A stretch of DNA of 64,000 bases, taken from assembly GCA_043228905.1 (NCBI GenBank), contig JBHGNT010000018.1:17732001-17796000 (forward strand), in the 5' to 3' direction. Position numbers and translations under genes: made by a program. The notes below the pieces were generated by a model. That model was not told the DNA's origin. It was given only the letters and a program-made list of their open reading frames with translations, and did no database searches. The DNA comes from Azolla caroliniana. Taxonomy: Eukaryota > Plantae > Polypodiophyta. Within the stretch, counting starts at the first letter, position 1; each line of letters begins with the position of its first letter. Shown here one piece after another: positions 38,741-51,530 of the stretch.

Positions 38741-39117
38741 GACAACAAATTTTAAAAACACAAGACCACTCATACAAGAAGAAAAATACACACCCAAATC
38801 ATTTTAATACTTAAAAGTACAAGTGTCGATTGGTGTGTGATCCAATCGCAAGGTTATTTTACAACTTGAAGATAATGCTGAAGTGAATGTACTGATTGGT
38901 GTGTGATCAATCACAATGATTTTCGTGTCAGGCTAATAGAACGGGAATGTTCGTGTCAACCAAGTTTTGATTGAAGTTATTGATCCAAGAACAATGTTCC
39001 GGTTGAGGGATTTCCGACCAATGAGAAAAGAGATGACCAATAGAGTTCTAGTCGACGAATTTTTGGCATGGGCCTGTGGGTTCGATGTGTAATGCACTGC
39101 CCCATAGGCATGTCAGG

Positions 39118-39340
39118 TGTTACTCGTACAAGTGTACGAGAGGGTTAATGGTGTAATGTATAAGATGTGTAATGTGTAAGGCACAATGTGAAATGTGTGA
39201 GGATGAGGATGAGTGTGTATGTAAACATGCACATTTGTGTGCATGTATACAAATATGTAATTGTCATATTATGTAACAGTCACATAATGTACTATACAAA
39301 CCCCACCCATGGGACATAAAATACAGGGAAAAGAAAGGTT
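39118..39340 (+). repeat. Start of a 3' LTR related to element C (end uncertain)
   Basis: TGTTAC preceded by the same pre-LTR motif as 30851-30892. Confidence 0.55.
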
Positions 39341-39344
39341 GAAT

Positions 39345-40828
39345 GGGTTCTACAAAAAGTGAGACAAAAGCTAAGCTATTGGCATATTGCAACATAGCCA
39401 CTCCATGTCAGATTGAGGATAGTGCAATCTATATTCATGGCTTACATGCAATATTACTTAATTATGATTGATTGGCCGAAACACATAATACAAAAGATTA
39501 ATCAGAAATCATAAGAATCTTTTGGTGCTCTAAGCAGTTGCATAGAGGTATACAACTTCTATCACTAGAGAAGATATGCACTCCATGATTGAGTGGAGGG
39601 CTAAATTTTCTTAATTTGCATTTGCATATGTTGGCTATAAAAGCTACTTTATTGCCAAAATTTGCTGAAAGAACATTGCCTTGGGCAAGAATGCTATCTG
39701 ATATGTTTGATCATTTGAAAACTCAGTCATTTGGCTCATGGAAAACTAACCATTGGGATGTAGTGTTTGGAAAGCTTGACGGGCACATCATAGGTTGTCC
39801 GTTTAGCTCAATGCTTCTAAAGCACTAGAAGGACGCATTGTACCACATAAAATGGAGAGGTAGGAATTCAGAATCGGGGAACTCTTTACACCTTGAAAGC
39901 TTACACTAGAGTGCTATATTCCCATGGTCACTAAGTGAACAAGGGCCTAGGAAAGCTTATTTTTTAGCAAAGAAGGGGCTGAAATCAATTGCAGATGTGG
40001 TAAATGACCAAGGTCACTTATTGCACTTCAATGACATGACATGTCATTATAGTCTTGGGCCACATCATCACGTTATCTAGAATCAAGTCACAGAGTTGGT
40101 GCTTTCCTTAGTACCTGTGCCAGCTCTCAATGGACATTGCAGGATTCAGGATTGGATATTACAAAAAGGGAAAATTGTTATTCCAATGCATAACATTACA
40201 ACACATATAGAGTATATGTTGTTGCAACTTGTCCCATGGTTTCACGAACATGCAAACATTATGGAACCTACACAAAACGCAGTCTTGGTGGAAAAACAAG
40301 CTTACAAGCTTATGGAGCTTTGGTCTTCCACTTAAGGAACGAGTATTCCTATGGAGATGCTTATTGGGTGTGCTCCGGAATGGGTTGAATCTTCAAAGAG
40401 ATCGATAACCTCGCCGCATTGTGCAAGATGTGGTGGATGATTGGAAACGGTTCCACACTTATTATGGACTTGTTCATTCACTACACTTTTGGATATTTGG
40501 ACAGATTCCATACGCCCTATCCAACAATGCCTATTTTCTCCAATGGACACGGTTTTGGGCACTCTGAACCATTTGGATAGACCGCAATAATAAGGTCTTT
40601 GATCGAAACCAACTGCATGAAGTTAGCCTCTTTAAGAAATCCCTCAGGAAATCTCTATTTGATTGTCTACAACTTAGAGACATCACACTCCAAATTTACA
40701 ACCTTTACATTGAGGGCTTTTAAGCTCTTTATTGTCTAATGGACACTTGTATATTTTTCTTTATTCTTTGTGGGTTTTCACCTCACTTTGAGGTTTCCCA
40801 CTAGTAATAAAAGTGTTACTAAAAAAAA
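39345..40828 (+). mobile_element. 5'-truncated LINE 3' end with polyadenylation signal and A tail
   Basis: SGGLNFLNL, zf-RVT-like CARCGG*LETVPHLLWTC, then AATAAA followed by an A run. Confidence 0.8.
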
Positions 40829-40999
40829 CAATAAGAAAGAGTTACCCCTCAATATTGTGTCTCATTTTCATTTTCATTTTCCTCTCCTTCTCTGTGTGTA
40901 TCTGTCTCTCCCTCTCCCCTCACGTACAAACCCCCTTGGGCGGGGGGGTGGAGCCGTTCTTGGCTCCACCCCCAACCCAACAACAGTAACCAACACATC

Positions 41000-41560
41000 C
41001 AATTGAGAGAGACCTAGATATAGAGTTGGTGCAAACTATTTTAACAAAATATTATGATGCATATGAAGGATCTCACTTTGAATATTTGAAATTTTGGGGA
41101 TATCAACAATGAGAAATATCATGAATCATCGGCCGGGTTAGAAATTGAAGTTTTCTTGAAGCTTCCATGAGTCAAGACTACCGTAAACCCTCTACATTGG
41201 TGGTTTACCAATAGTTTTCATCAATATTGCATCATGTTTTATTAAATAAATTTGTTGCTATTGTTGGTAATTAAGAAACACATTTTGACATTTTTTTTTT
41301 GATGATTTAAAACATGTCCAGTTTTCCAAGGATGTACAAAATGGGATGTGATTATTGGGCAATTCCAGCTCCATCAGTGCCTCTGGAGGAAGCTAACTCT
41401 GAAGCTTGTGATAACTTTGAAGATAGGCAATGGTTGCATTCATGCACTTTCAAGGCAAAGATGTGCATACAATCTTCAAGGTTGGATTTACTTAACAATG
41501 TAAACATTCCCCTACTTGAAGATATTAATGATGCCTATAATAGTTTAGATCTCAATTTAG
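41000..41560 (+). pseudogene. hAT transposase C-terminal dimerisation domain, probably the same element split by later insertions
   Basis: NPLHWW, a probable short intron, then FPRMYKMGCDYWAIPAPSVPLEEANS. Confidence 0.8.
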
Positions 41561-42392
41561 AATATCTTCTCCCACATGGCCTATGCCGATGTCCCCTTGG
41601 CCATGCCGAAGTAAACATTTTCGACCAAGTGCATCTGAATGGTTGATCTGGTGTTTTCGTCCAGAGAGCATCATTCTTCTGCAATCATCAAGGTCAACTT
41701 GCTATTGTGTCGGATCACATCGACTAGACGTTGGATGATTAATACATCCCGCATCATCTCCTTCCAGAGGGCAAAGTTTTTGCCATCAAATTATTTGATC
41801 TCGCAGTTGGTGTCGGATGTTGTGGCCATCATTCTATTTTCTTCCTCCTTGTGGTATTGTTGTTGGATCCCGATCCGCCCTAATACCAATTTGTGGGCCA
41901 CTGTTGTTGTGTCTTATAGGATAGGGCCAAGTACCAATTTCATCATGTAGGATAACAAGTAGGATCTTGTATGTGGATCCGACAACCAAAATGACAAGTG
42001 AGAATGAGAATATTATGCATTGTTCAATCCTTGAGATTACACAGGAAGATGAAGATGAAGACAGTTGCACAAATAGTTAGAGCTCAAGACAAACTACTTT
42101 ACAGAACTCATTTACACACTTTTATAGTTAGGCTAACAAAGCCCTAACTAAGATAGTGTGTTCACACTAGGAATACAACTTTTGGGCAAAGTAGGACTTT
42201 TAGTCAAACATGGCGAACCGTGAATAGAGGTCAGGAATTTTGGGGAAAGAAAAAAATTGATTTGCCTAATTATATTTCTGATAATCCTTTGCAATATTTT
42301 CTATTTTTTATTATTGTTTCACAATCGTTAGAAGGACATCATGAGACTTTACCTAGTGTTGCATTGGATGGTGTTGATACTTTGCAGGCTAT
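41560..42392 (-). mobile_element. Copia 5' fragment O (LTR part, PBS, gag N-terminus)
   Basis: PBS TGGTATTAGGGC at 41888-41877. ATG at 41829 gives MATTSDTNCEIK*FDGKNFALWKEMMRDVLI. LTR from 41892. Confidence 0.8.
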
Positions 42393-44100
42393 TATCACAT
42401 TCTAGACTCAAACCTCTGACTTTTAACACACACACAATACATTGTAAATACTTGTAACCTCCTTGGTCCCTTTCAAGGGATACAACACCAGCCATTGACA
42501 CATCAATCTAGTATTCTCGTTTCGCCTCATCTTTGTCTCCTTGATCTTTCTTTCTATCTTCATGCCCTCATGTCGCTCACAATATCTAGAGTTCTTAACC
42601 TCCTCACATCTAGCTCCAAGTTCATCCGTCGCTCGTAGCCTCATCATTTGTGCTCCATCCTAGTCTGCGCTTGGTGTGTCCGTGATAGTTTGAATCACTT
42701 CCAACTGATAGCACCACCCATCTTCATCATCGCCTTTGCTTCTAGAGTTACCATCATCACCGTCCTTACTTCCGAAGTTACCGCCATCAACATCCTTGTC
42801 TTCAACGTCATCATTTTCATCACCTCTTCGCCCAACCATCGTCGTCATCAACACTACTTGTCATCATTTTTAGGTATCATTTTGCATCACGGTTTTGGTG
42901 AGGAGTGCTTTCGATCGCTCACCTTCCCAGTTCTGGTGGGGGTCACACCTGCTCGCTTTCCTGGTGGGGATGGGATCATTGCTCGTTTGCACTGCATTTT
43001 CGTTATAGTTCAAGTCTCGCGCCACTTTTTGTTGGCGAGGACTGATTTCAATCGTTCACCTTCTAGTTTCGGTGGGGGTCACAACCGCTCACTTTCTTGG
43101 TGGGGATCGTGTGGGTTTTTCGCTAGAGTTACCGTTTGAACAGTGTCTTGGGTCAACCTCGACTATTTACCCTCTCATAAAAGAAGAAGTCGAGTCGACC
43201 GCTTCACTTGCATTCCTTCACCCGTTGTTGTTCTAGTTCTCGGTGATGGCCGCATGGTCGTTCACGTCCGTTTATGTTCAATTCTCGGTGAGGGTCACAT
43301 GGTCGCTCACATCCATTCGTGTTCCAGTTCTCGGTGAGGGCCGCATGGTCACGCTCACGCCCGTTCGTATTTTCGATGAGGACTGCACATGGTCGGTCAC
43401 GTTCCGGTTCTCAATGAGGGCCACACATGGTCGCTCATGTCCGTTTGTGTTCCAATTCTTGTTGAGGGCCACGTGGTTGTTCGCGTCCGTTCGTGTTCAT
43501 GTTCAAAATCTCAGTGAGGACCGACATGGTCTCTCATGCCTATTGGTGTCCATGTTCCCTATGAGGACTGCACATGGTCACTCACGCCTGTTGGTATTCA
43601 TGTTCCAGTCTCTGGTGAGAACTGCACATGGTCGCTCACTCCAGCTATTGTTCGTGTTCTAGATCCTGGCGAGGACCAGACATGGTCGCTCACGCCCATT
43701 GGTGGTCGTGTTCTAACTCTCAACAAGGACCGACATGGTCTCTCATGCCCGTTGGTGGTCGTATTCCAACTCTTGGTGAGGACCAACATGGTCTCTCATG
43801 CCCGTTGGTGTTCGTATTCCCCGTGAGGACCACACATGATCACTCACGCCTGTTGGTATTTGTGTTTCAGTTCATAACAACGACTGCACATGGTCGCTCA
43901 TGCCCGTTGGTGTTCAATACCTTGTCTTCTAGAAGGGTTACTTCTTGTCTAGGATTTACAAAATGCTTTGGAGGTGGTCTAAGATTTTCATCAACAATAT
44001 CCCCTTAATCCAACGACCGGTTTGGGAAGCCGGCGTAAGAGGGGGGATAATGTCACATTCTAGACTCAAACCTCTGACTTTTAACACACACAGGACATTG
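42393..44100 (+). mobile_element. TRIM-like non-coding LTR element K with about 95-bp LTRs
   Basis: Direct repeat T(A/G)TCACATTCTAGACTCAAACCTCTGAC at 42393 and 44051. PPT AAGAGGGGGGATAA before the second copy, which is cut by copia L. Confidence 0.72.
43220..43915 (+). repeat. Tandem array of about 14 units of 38-54 bp inside K
   Basis: Recurrent GTGAGGACC(N)CATGGTCGCTCACGCCCGTT. Confidence 0.9.
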
Positions 44101-45838
44101 TGTTGTGTTAACCATATCGAAACACTTGTGAACTGTCCACATTCGATTGTGAACTTGTATACATTGTAGAGTCTAGTGTATAGTATATTCGAGAATATTC
44201 TAGTCATTAGTATATTCTAGAATTATTCTGTGGTATGTTCTAAACGAGTATATTCTCGAGATATTTCTCGAGTATATTCTAGAGATATTTGTAAAGAATC
44301 AAGAGATGGATTCTGTGTAGCGGAATTGATATGAACTATGTGTGTGTATGAGAGAGAGAGAGTGAGTGAGAGAGACAAGGAGTAAGACACAGAGAATATG
44401 CAAGGTAAAGTATATTAACAAAGGAGAAAGACTCAACATTATACAAGGTGGGAGGAGGGTGCTTTATATAGTCACTCTCTCTCTTCATTAACTACAAGAC
44501 TCATGGAGCATGGGGAATGTGAAAGCTCATAAGTTATGTGTCATAGAATATGATTTTATGACTCATACTAAATGCTAGAATACAAAGTGGTGACATAATG
44601 GTGACTCTTGACCGTTGGAGTGTCTATTCACTCTCAAGGTGAGTTCACACACTAGACCAAGTTGAGCTTGATTCTCAACATGCCCCCTCAAGCTCAAGTC
44701 GGGTCGGTTTTAGACGGTATCCGAAATCCGCTTTGACTCGCGTTCCGGAGTCCGCGTCGACTCGCATTTATGTGGAGTTGTGGAATCCGTGCTCCAGCTT
44801 GTGTTGTGTGTAGTTCTGAAGTCTGTGCTTCGGCTTGTGTCTTTCTTCGTGGCTTTGCACGGTAGATCGACTCTTCGCGGCTTCGTTGCACGGTTGCAGA
44901 ATCCACGCGTTATTGCATAGTGTCTTTAGTACTCCCCCTCAAGCTTGGCAGGTCAGGGATCGTCAATCCGAGATCGGTCATGAATTGCCATAGCTTGTCG
45001 GCTCCTAACGCTTTAGTGAAGATGTCAGCCGTTTGAAGATTGGTGCTAATGTGTTGTAGGTCCACATCGCCAGCTAGAACGCACTCTCGGATGAAGTGAT
45101 AGTGCACTTCGTTGTGTTTTGTCCGCGCATGGAACATCGGGTTACGAGCCAGATAGATACTGCTCTTGTTGTCACAGTAAAGGGAAGTTGGATCCTTGAT
45201 GGGTACACCCAGATCCTTGAGTATCCTTTTGAGCCATATGGCTTCACACGCGGCCACTGCCGCGCCCCTGTATTCCACCTCTGTGCTCGAAAAAGCGACG
45301 GTTGGTTGGTTTTTGTTGCTCCAGGATATTGCTCCACTACCGAGGGAAGAAACAAATCCGGAGGTTGGTCTTCTATCGGCTTTGTAGCCAGTCCAATCGG
45401 CGTCTATGTACCCCTCGAGTCGTATTGGCATCGCAGTCTTGTAGAGGATGCCGCAATCCATTGTGCCGCTCACATATCGTAGAACTCGCTTAGCGCAATC
45501 CAAGTGAGTATCATGTGGAGACCGACCGGATAACTGAGATCGGGTCATGTGATCGTGAGGTAGATGAGACTCCTGATGAGTTGCCGATATTGAGTCGGCT
45601 CACACGCTTTGGTGCCAGAGTTTGCATCTAGTTTGAGATTGCGATCGAGCGGGGTTGCCGTGGATTTGCACTCAGCCATACCGAACTTGTATAACAAGTT
45701 GAGGATGTAGTGTCGTTGAGAGATCATGATTCCGGCCGGAGTCCGAATTACCTCGATGCTGAGGAAGTAGTGGAGCTCCTTCATGTCCGTCATCTCGAAC
45801 TTGTCGGAAAGGAGGGATTTGACCTCCTTTCCGACATC
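44101..45838 (-). mobile_element. Copia 3' fragment L (RT end, RNase H, 3' LTR 44101-44680)
   Basis: ORFs 45545-45886 and 44910-45548 (YIDADW, SSTEVEY, ARTKHNEVHYHF, ADIFTK). PPT at 44681-44692. Confidence 0.9.
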
Positions 45839-45849
45839 TATTAGTGTAG

Positions 45850-48800
45850 TTGTGGTTGTAGGGAATAGCAAAAATAGAGTATACAAAGATTCTAGGAATT
45901 CTAATATGGAAAAGAGAATTATTCAAGTGGTTTCCTCAACTCAAAAGGAACGGAGTGGTATCTTGAAAGATAAAAGGTTGGTACCTCTGTCCTCGTGATA
46001 TGGATTCTTTGACTTTACTCCCCTGGAATGTACAAGGGTTAGGAGGTGATCAATTTCATAAAGTCAAAGGTCTATTTAATCAGGAGTTATCATCTCAATA
46101 TGTGGGTAAATTTGATGTTTTACTAAGCTATTAGAGAAAAAAATTGGTTTCTTGAATGTTTATGCCCTAAATTCTGCCAGAGGAAGGGCACAATTTTGGT
46201 GCCAATTATGGAATGATCTCCTTGTAATGGATCGTTGGTGCATTGCTAGAGATTTTAATATGCTTGAAGACCCTTCTAATCATATGCGTGGGAGTACAGT
46301 TACAATTTTAGGTGTTGAATTAGTTGAGTGGGAAAATTTATGCTTTAAATTTAACTTACAAGAGTTTATGAAGTCTTTTGCAAGAAGGGTAGAGTCATTG
46401 CAATTTTTTCGGTCTAACAAACGTGTATCATGTGCCAAGGTCTCTAGGATTGACAAGCTTCATGTGGATCATTTTTTTGGGGACTTAGGTGGGTCTCTTG
46501 GGATAGTACCGGGTACAAACATTTCGGATCATGCACCGGTAAAACTAGCTTTGAAATTGCGATTTGTTGTATTTCATGATCATGTTCAGATTCTGATGTG
46601 GATTCTAAAGGATTATTCCATTAAGGAGAGTGTTGCTTCTCTTTGGTCTAGAGTCTTTTCTCCTGATAAGTTATTTAAGGTTTTTGTGGCTTTATTTTAG
46701 ATTAAGCAATTGCTTTTAGGCAAGGCTAAGGATAAGACAAACTTTCTTATCTCTCGATTGACAAATACAAGAAGAGGGTTGGCTTTGATTCAATGCTTGT
46801 ATGAAAGAGATATAAATTCAAATCATCTTGAAAACAACTTGTGGAGATTAAGATATGAGATTTTTCTTATGCAGTCTAAAATGACTAATTTTAAATATTA
46901 TGCATTTGCAGTCAAATGGTCTCAAAGAGGGGACAAAATGTCTAAATTATTTTTTGATATAGTTACTCCAAGACTGCGTAAGTTTCAGATGGGTGCATTG
47001 AAGATGGATGATGGTACTCTCTCAACGGATCCGGATGAAATGCAAGAGCTAGTGTTTCGGTATTATGAATAGTTGTTGTCCACTAAAGAGGTGATGAGTC
47101 AGAATGTATTGGAAATGAGGAATAATTTTTATTGCAATAAAGTAATGTGTAACGGATTGAATGGTTCAAACTCTTTTATGCCCTTTTTCTTCTTTTAAGG
47201 TTCTGCAAGCATTAAAATCTTTGGGTTCTGAGGTTTGCCTGGGAGAGGATGGACTAATACAAGATGTTTTCTTACAGTATTGGGAGATTATAGCTTATGA
47301 TTTTACTAGTGTTTTTCGAATAATTTTTTATTCTGGATCTATGCCAAAGGAATGGGAGGGGCTAATTTGTCTTATTCCTAACGGGGATGGATCTTCTAAG
47401 GACATTAGGGCATGGCATCCGATCACATTACTAAATACAACTTATAAAATTTATGCTAAGGTATTGGTGTTGCATTTGCAACCTTTATTGCCTGATATTA
47501 TTCATACTTCTCAGATAGGTTTCATGCAAGATAGGAGTATATTTGATAATATTTTTTTGTTTTGGGAGTTGTCCACTTCGGCTATTGCCAAGAAAGAGGA
47601 CCTAGTAATTTTATTATTAGATTTTGAAAAGGCCTATGATAGAGTGAATTGGGACTTTTTAGAAGAGGCTATTAGGGTTTCCAAAAGCTTGGATTATTCT
47701 AGTGGTAGCTTTGTATAGATTAGCTTGTAGTTATATCTTAGTTACATGAGGTAGAGGATGAAGATTTCAAATTTCATCAGTTCTTCAAGGGGGTTCATTA
47801 GCCCTTTCTTTTTTCTTATTGTTACAAAAGTATTTTCAGCATATTTAAATCATGTAAGTGCTGGGTTCCAAGGGTCGGTCACACCAATCTGTAATCAAAT
47901 TATTTTAGATGTGGAGTTTGCAGATGATACTACACTATACATGCATGCTAAAGAAGGTAATTTGTGTAAAGCACAGGCTACAATGGAAAAAATTTGCATT
48001 GCCTTTGGTGCAAAAGTTAATTGGTGTAAATCAATGGGTTTTTGGGTTTCTACGAGGCCACTACCATCATGGAGACCATTTGAGTCCTTTTGTTGGATTC
48101 AAGAAGGATTTTCAATTCATTGCTTAGGTTGTCACGTTGGTTGGTATAAATGTGCATAATGAGCAATTGTTAGCTCCTCTAATGTTATCACTCAAGAAAA
48201 AGTTATTGATTTGGGACAATACATAGTTGTCTTTGGCAAGCAGAGTTGTGATAGCTAATCAGGTTCTCCTTTGATCTATGTGGTATATTGCATCTACATC
48301 TTTGTTCTCTAGATCATGTTTGTTGCAGATTCAATGACTGTTTAAGAACTTTATTTGGGTAGGAAGAAGTAATTATGATGCTCATGCAAAGGTAGCTTAG
48401 TCTATACTTACTACACAATTATGTAATGGTGGTTTAGGGTTGGTAGATCCATACAGTCAATGTAAGGCTCTTTTGGCAAAAATTTTGTTAGAGCTATGTT
48501 GCCTGCTCAAGGTATATGGTCTGAATTGCTTTTAAACCAATTTGTTAATATTAAACCGTCTACTAGTGGTTCTTGGAAGTCATCTCCAAGATGGTCATTC
48601 ATGTCAAATTTTAAGACAAGACAAATACATGTTCCGAAAGATGGTTTTATGGTTAGCATTTGTAGAGTGTCGAATGTTGTTAAGGTTGTTTTGATCTGTT
48701 GAAACCCATCTTCAAATGAAGAACTATTGCAGCAGCCTTTGATGATAGGGTTGTTTTGCTTGGAAGTAGACCACAATTACATTGGGCTGAATTGGATAAT

Positions 48801-48880
48801 GGTAAGGCTCACAGTAGCCTCTTGGAGAAATTATGTTTGTCCATCTTCATAATTCTCAGATTGATGCACCCATGTGTAGG
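45850..48880 (+). mobile_element. LINE ORF2 (APE endonuclease plus RT), degenerate
   Basis: LNVYA, RDFN, SRID and SDHAPV endonuclease motifs; LDFEKAYDRVNW and EFADDT RT motifs. Confidence 0.92.
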
Positions 48881-48899
48881 GGTTTTACATTTATGTTTG

Positions 48900-50117
48900 T
48901 GTCAGGAATAGGACTAAAACAAAGAAAGAATTAGTACTAGAGAAGGGAAGTACTATTAGTACAAAGAGGATGGACTGCGTAAGACTCACGAGAAAGAAAG
49001 AAAGATAAGAAAGATATATTAACGTCTTCTAAGACCAAATTTGGCCCATGAGACAATTGGTTTACAACAAAAGAGTATTTATCCAGACATCATAACTAAA
49101 ATAAAATTAAATAAAAAATAGAACTTAAACTAAAAGAGTTCTAGTAGTGTACAATACGTAGTATACTCGAAAGTGACTATACACTAAGCCTAATTTTATT
49201 TCCACCCAAGCCTCTCGAAAAGAAGTGGAGGGTCAAAGGGTCTTGATGTGGGTGTGACCCGTGGTTCCAATGTAGAGAGTGCCCTAGCCATGGCTTCTAG
49301 GCGGTGTAGCTCACGTTCCCTTATTTTCAATATTGCTTCCACATCACGTCGAGTTGCTTTGAAACCTGGCACCCGAGGACGTCTGGTTCTTCTCTGGTTT
49401 TCTGCCTCATCAATGGAAAGGCCGAGTGGTGCAAGTGTGTCGGCATTCGTTGTCTCCCCCTATTCCTGAAAAATTTCATTTGTTACATGTTCGTTGTCGT
49501 GAAGATTTTGGTCCATAGGCGGAAACCGGGGTGGGAAGGGCAAGTCGGTGGTGTGCTACATGTGCACATGTAAACTAGGATATGGTGTATAGAAAGAGAG
49601 GGGAAATTTTATCCCACATTGTAAGGTCCCTCCCTCCTTGGGCTATAAAAGGAAGGGAGGGGTCACTTATGAAGGGTTGCCTATTTTGAGGGAGAGAGGC
49701 ATACCACTTAGGTCGAGGGTTTCCTATTTGGTTTTAGGGTTTCAGTTAGGGTTTTCTTCTTGGGTTTTCCTTTAGGGTTTTTCATATAGTCATTTGGTGC
49801 GGCCATGGCGGCCACCATTGTTGTAACCATTCGTTGTTTTAATATCACTTGTTGAACATCTTGCCTCCGCCGATCTCTCCTTCTATGTCGTGGTCTTATT
49901 CTTTCCTCTTCTCCTCTTGAGCGAAGCATCCATATCATGTCCTATTCTTTCTCCTCTACTCCCTAGTCCGAGACCTCGGTGGTCCCACCCCTTCTACACG
50001 CACGCGTGTAACAACGCGACATCGTGATCATTAGAAACATTATTGTCAACATTTTGTAACTTATTCTCTCTGTGTTGTTTTAGCTCTAGAATGTATTTGC
50101 CTAATTTCTTTATATCT

Positions 50118-50169
<52 letters not shown>

Positions 50170-51530
50170 TGATGATATATTATGTGAAGAGTAAGTACAA
50201 AATAGCTATGAGGCTTAAGACTGGCGTTGAACCAATTTGGTTCGAAATAATGCCTTGTGCCTCTTTTTATAGTGTTCTCAGGAATAGTCCGTAAAGTGGA
50301 GAATATCAGCCTAATCGTCTTGTTGATAACTCAGAAATCACCGAAGATATTGTTCCAGCATTTGATTCGTTCGTTTCGCTTGCCCATCGGTTTGGGGATG
50401 GTAGCCGAGGGAGAGGTTGCAAGAGACCTTCAACATCTTGAAGAGATGCCTCCAAAATTTGGAGAAGAATTGAGGTCCTCAGTCACTAATGATACTGTCT
50501 GGGAGGCCATGATGCCGAAATACCTCACGCATGACAAGGGCTGTGGTTTCCTCACTAGTGATGGCCTTAGTACAAGGCACAAAATGTGCCATCTTAGAAT
50601 ATCGATCGACAACAGTTAAGATAGCATCGAAACCCTTCGAGACTGGAAGATCTGTGATAAAATCAAGACAAATGAACTGCCACGGCTTACTAGGAATTGG
50701 TAAGGATTCTAACAAGCCATATGGATGATGTCGTGGCATCTTTGCTCGGCAACAAGCATCACAGGTCCGAACATAGTCGTCGACAAAACGTCGCATATGG
50801 GGCCACCAAAAGGATCGTCATACTAGATCCAACGTCTTAGTACTACCGAAATGTCCAATTATATGGGTGTCGTGACAATTTTGGACGATTTGAAGGTGAC
50901 AGGAGCAATCGGGAACATACACGAGCTTTTTAAAGAATAATAAACCATCATGATATTTGAATTGTCGGTAGTCCATACATGGTTGTTGAGTCTGGGAACA
51001 GGATGCCCGAGAAGCATCAATTTGCGCAAGAATGGCTTGAGCAAAACTATTCATCTTCAAGTTGGCACGTATGGCATCGATAATCTGGGAATCCAGTGCA
51101 ATGTGAAAAATCCGCGTTGTGTGCAAATGCCGTGATAGTGCATTTGCTTTTCCTTGCTGCTTCCCCGGCCGATATGTGATTTTGAAGTCAAAACGTGTGA
51201 GGAATTGGGCCCACCGAGCATCCCGTCGATTTAGTACACGAGTGTTCTAGAAGGAAGCAAGATTTTTGTGATCACTGAAGACGATGACCTAATGAGAAGA
51301 GCCCTCTAAGAAGTGCCGCCATTGCACAAACGAATCCACAATGGCTAATAACTCCTTGTCATGTATCTCGTAGTTAATTTCCGCGACATCAAATTTGCGT
51401 GAGTGGAAAACCACAAGATGTAACTTTTCTTTATCTCCTTGTTGTGAAAGGATGCTACCGAGGGCGAAATCCGATGCGTTGGCCTCCATGATGAATGGTT
51501 TGTTTGTATCCACATGAGCTAGAATAGGAC
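48900..51530 (-). mobile_element. Deleted Tcn1-like chromovirus copy N: 3' LTR pieces (48900 to about 49010, and about 50118-50290), INT and RNase H fragments
   Basis: LTR text matches copies A and F. ORFs 50479-50796, 50818-51126 and 51289-51513 match F pol. Confidence 0.87.
49495..50021 (+). repeat. Solo LTR of the D family
   Basis: TGTCGTGAAGATTTT..AACGCGACA, homologous to D LTRs, with exact 4-bp TSD TCGT. Confidence 0.92.

Noticed and set aside
33021-41560. Host or domesticated BED-finger gene
   Set aside because: Stops, frameshifts and several kb of insertions indicate a dead hAT transposase; I did not find terminal inverted repeats.
43220-43915. CRISPR array or hammerhead ribozyme repeats
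   Set aside because: The linkers are homologous to each other rather than unique spacers, there are no cas genes, the context is eukaryotic, and no CUGANGA/GAAA core is present.
50120-50168. (GA)n run, and also (TA)n near 28870 and (AAT)n near 31480
   Set aside because: Ordinary microsatellite expansions inside LTRs.
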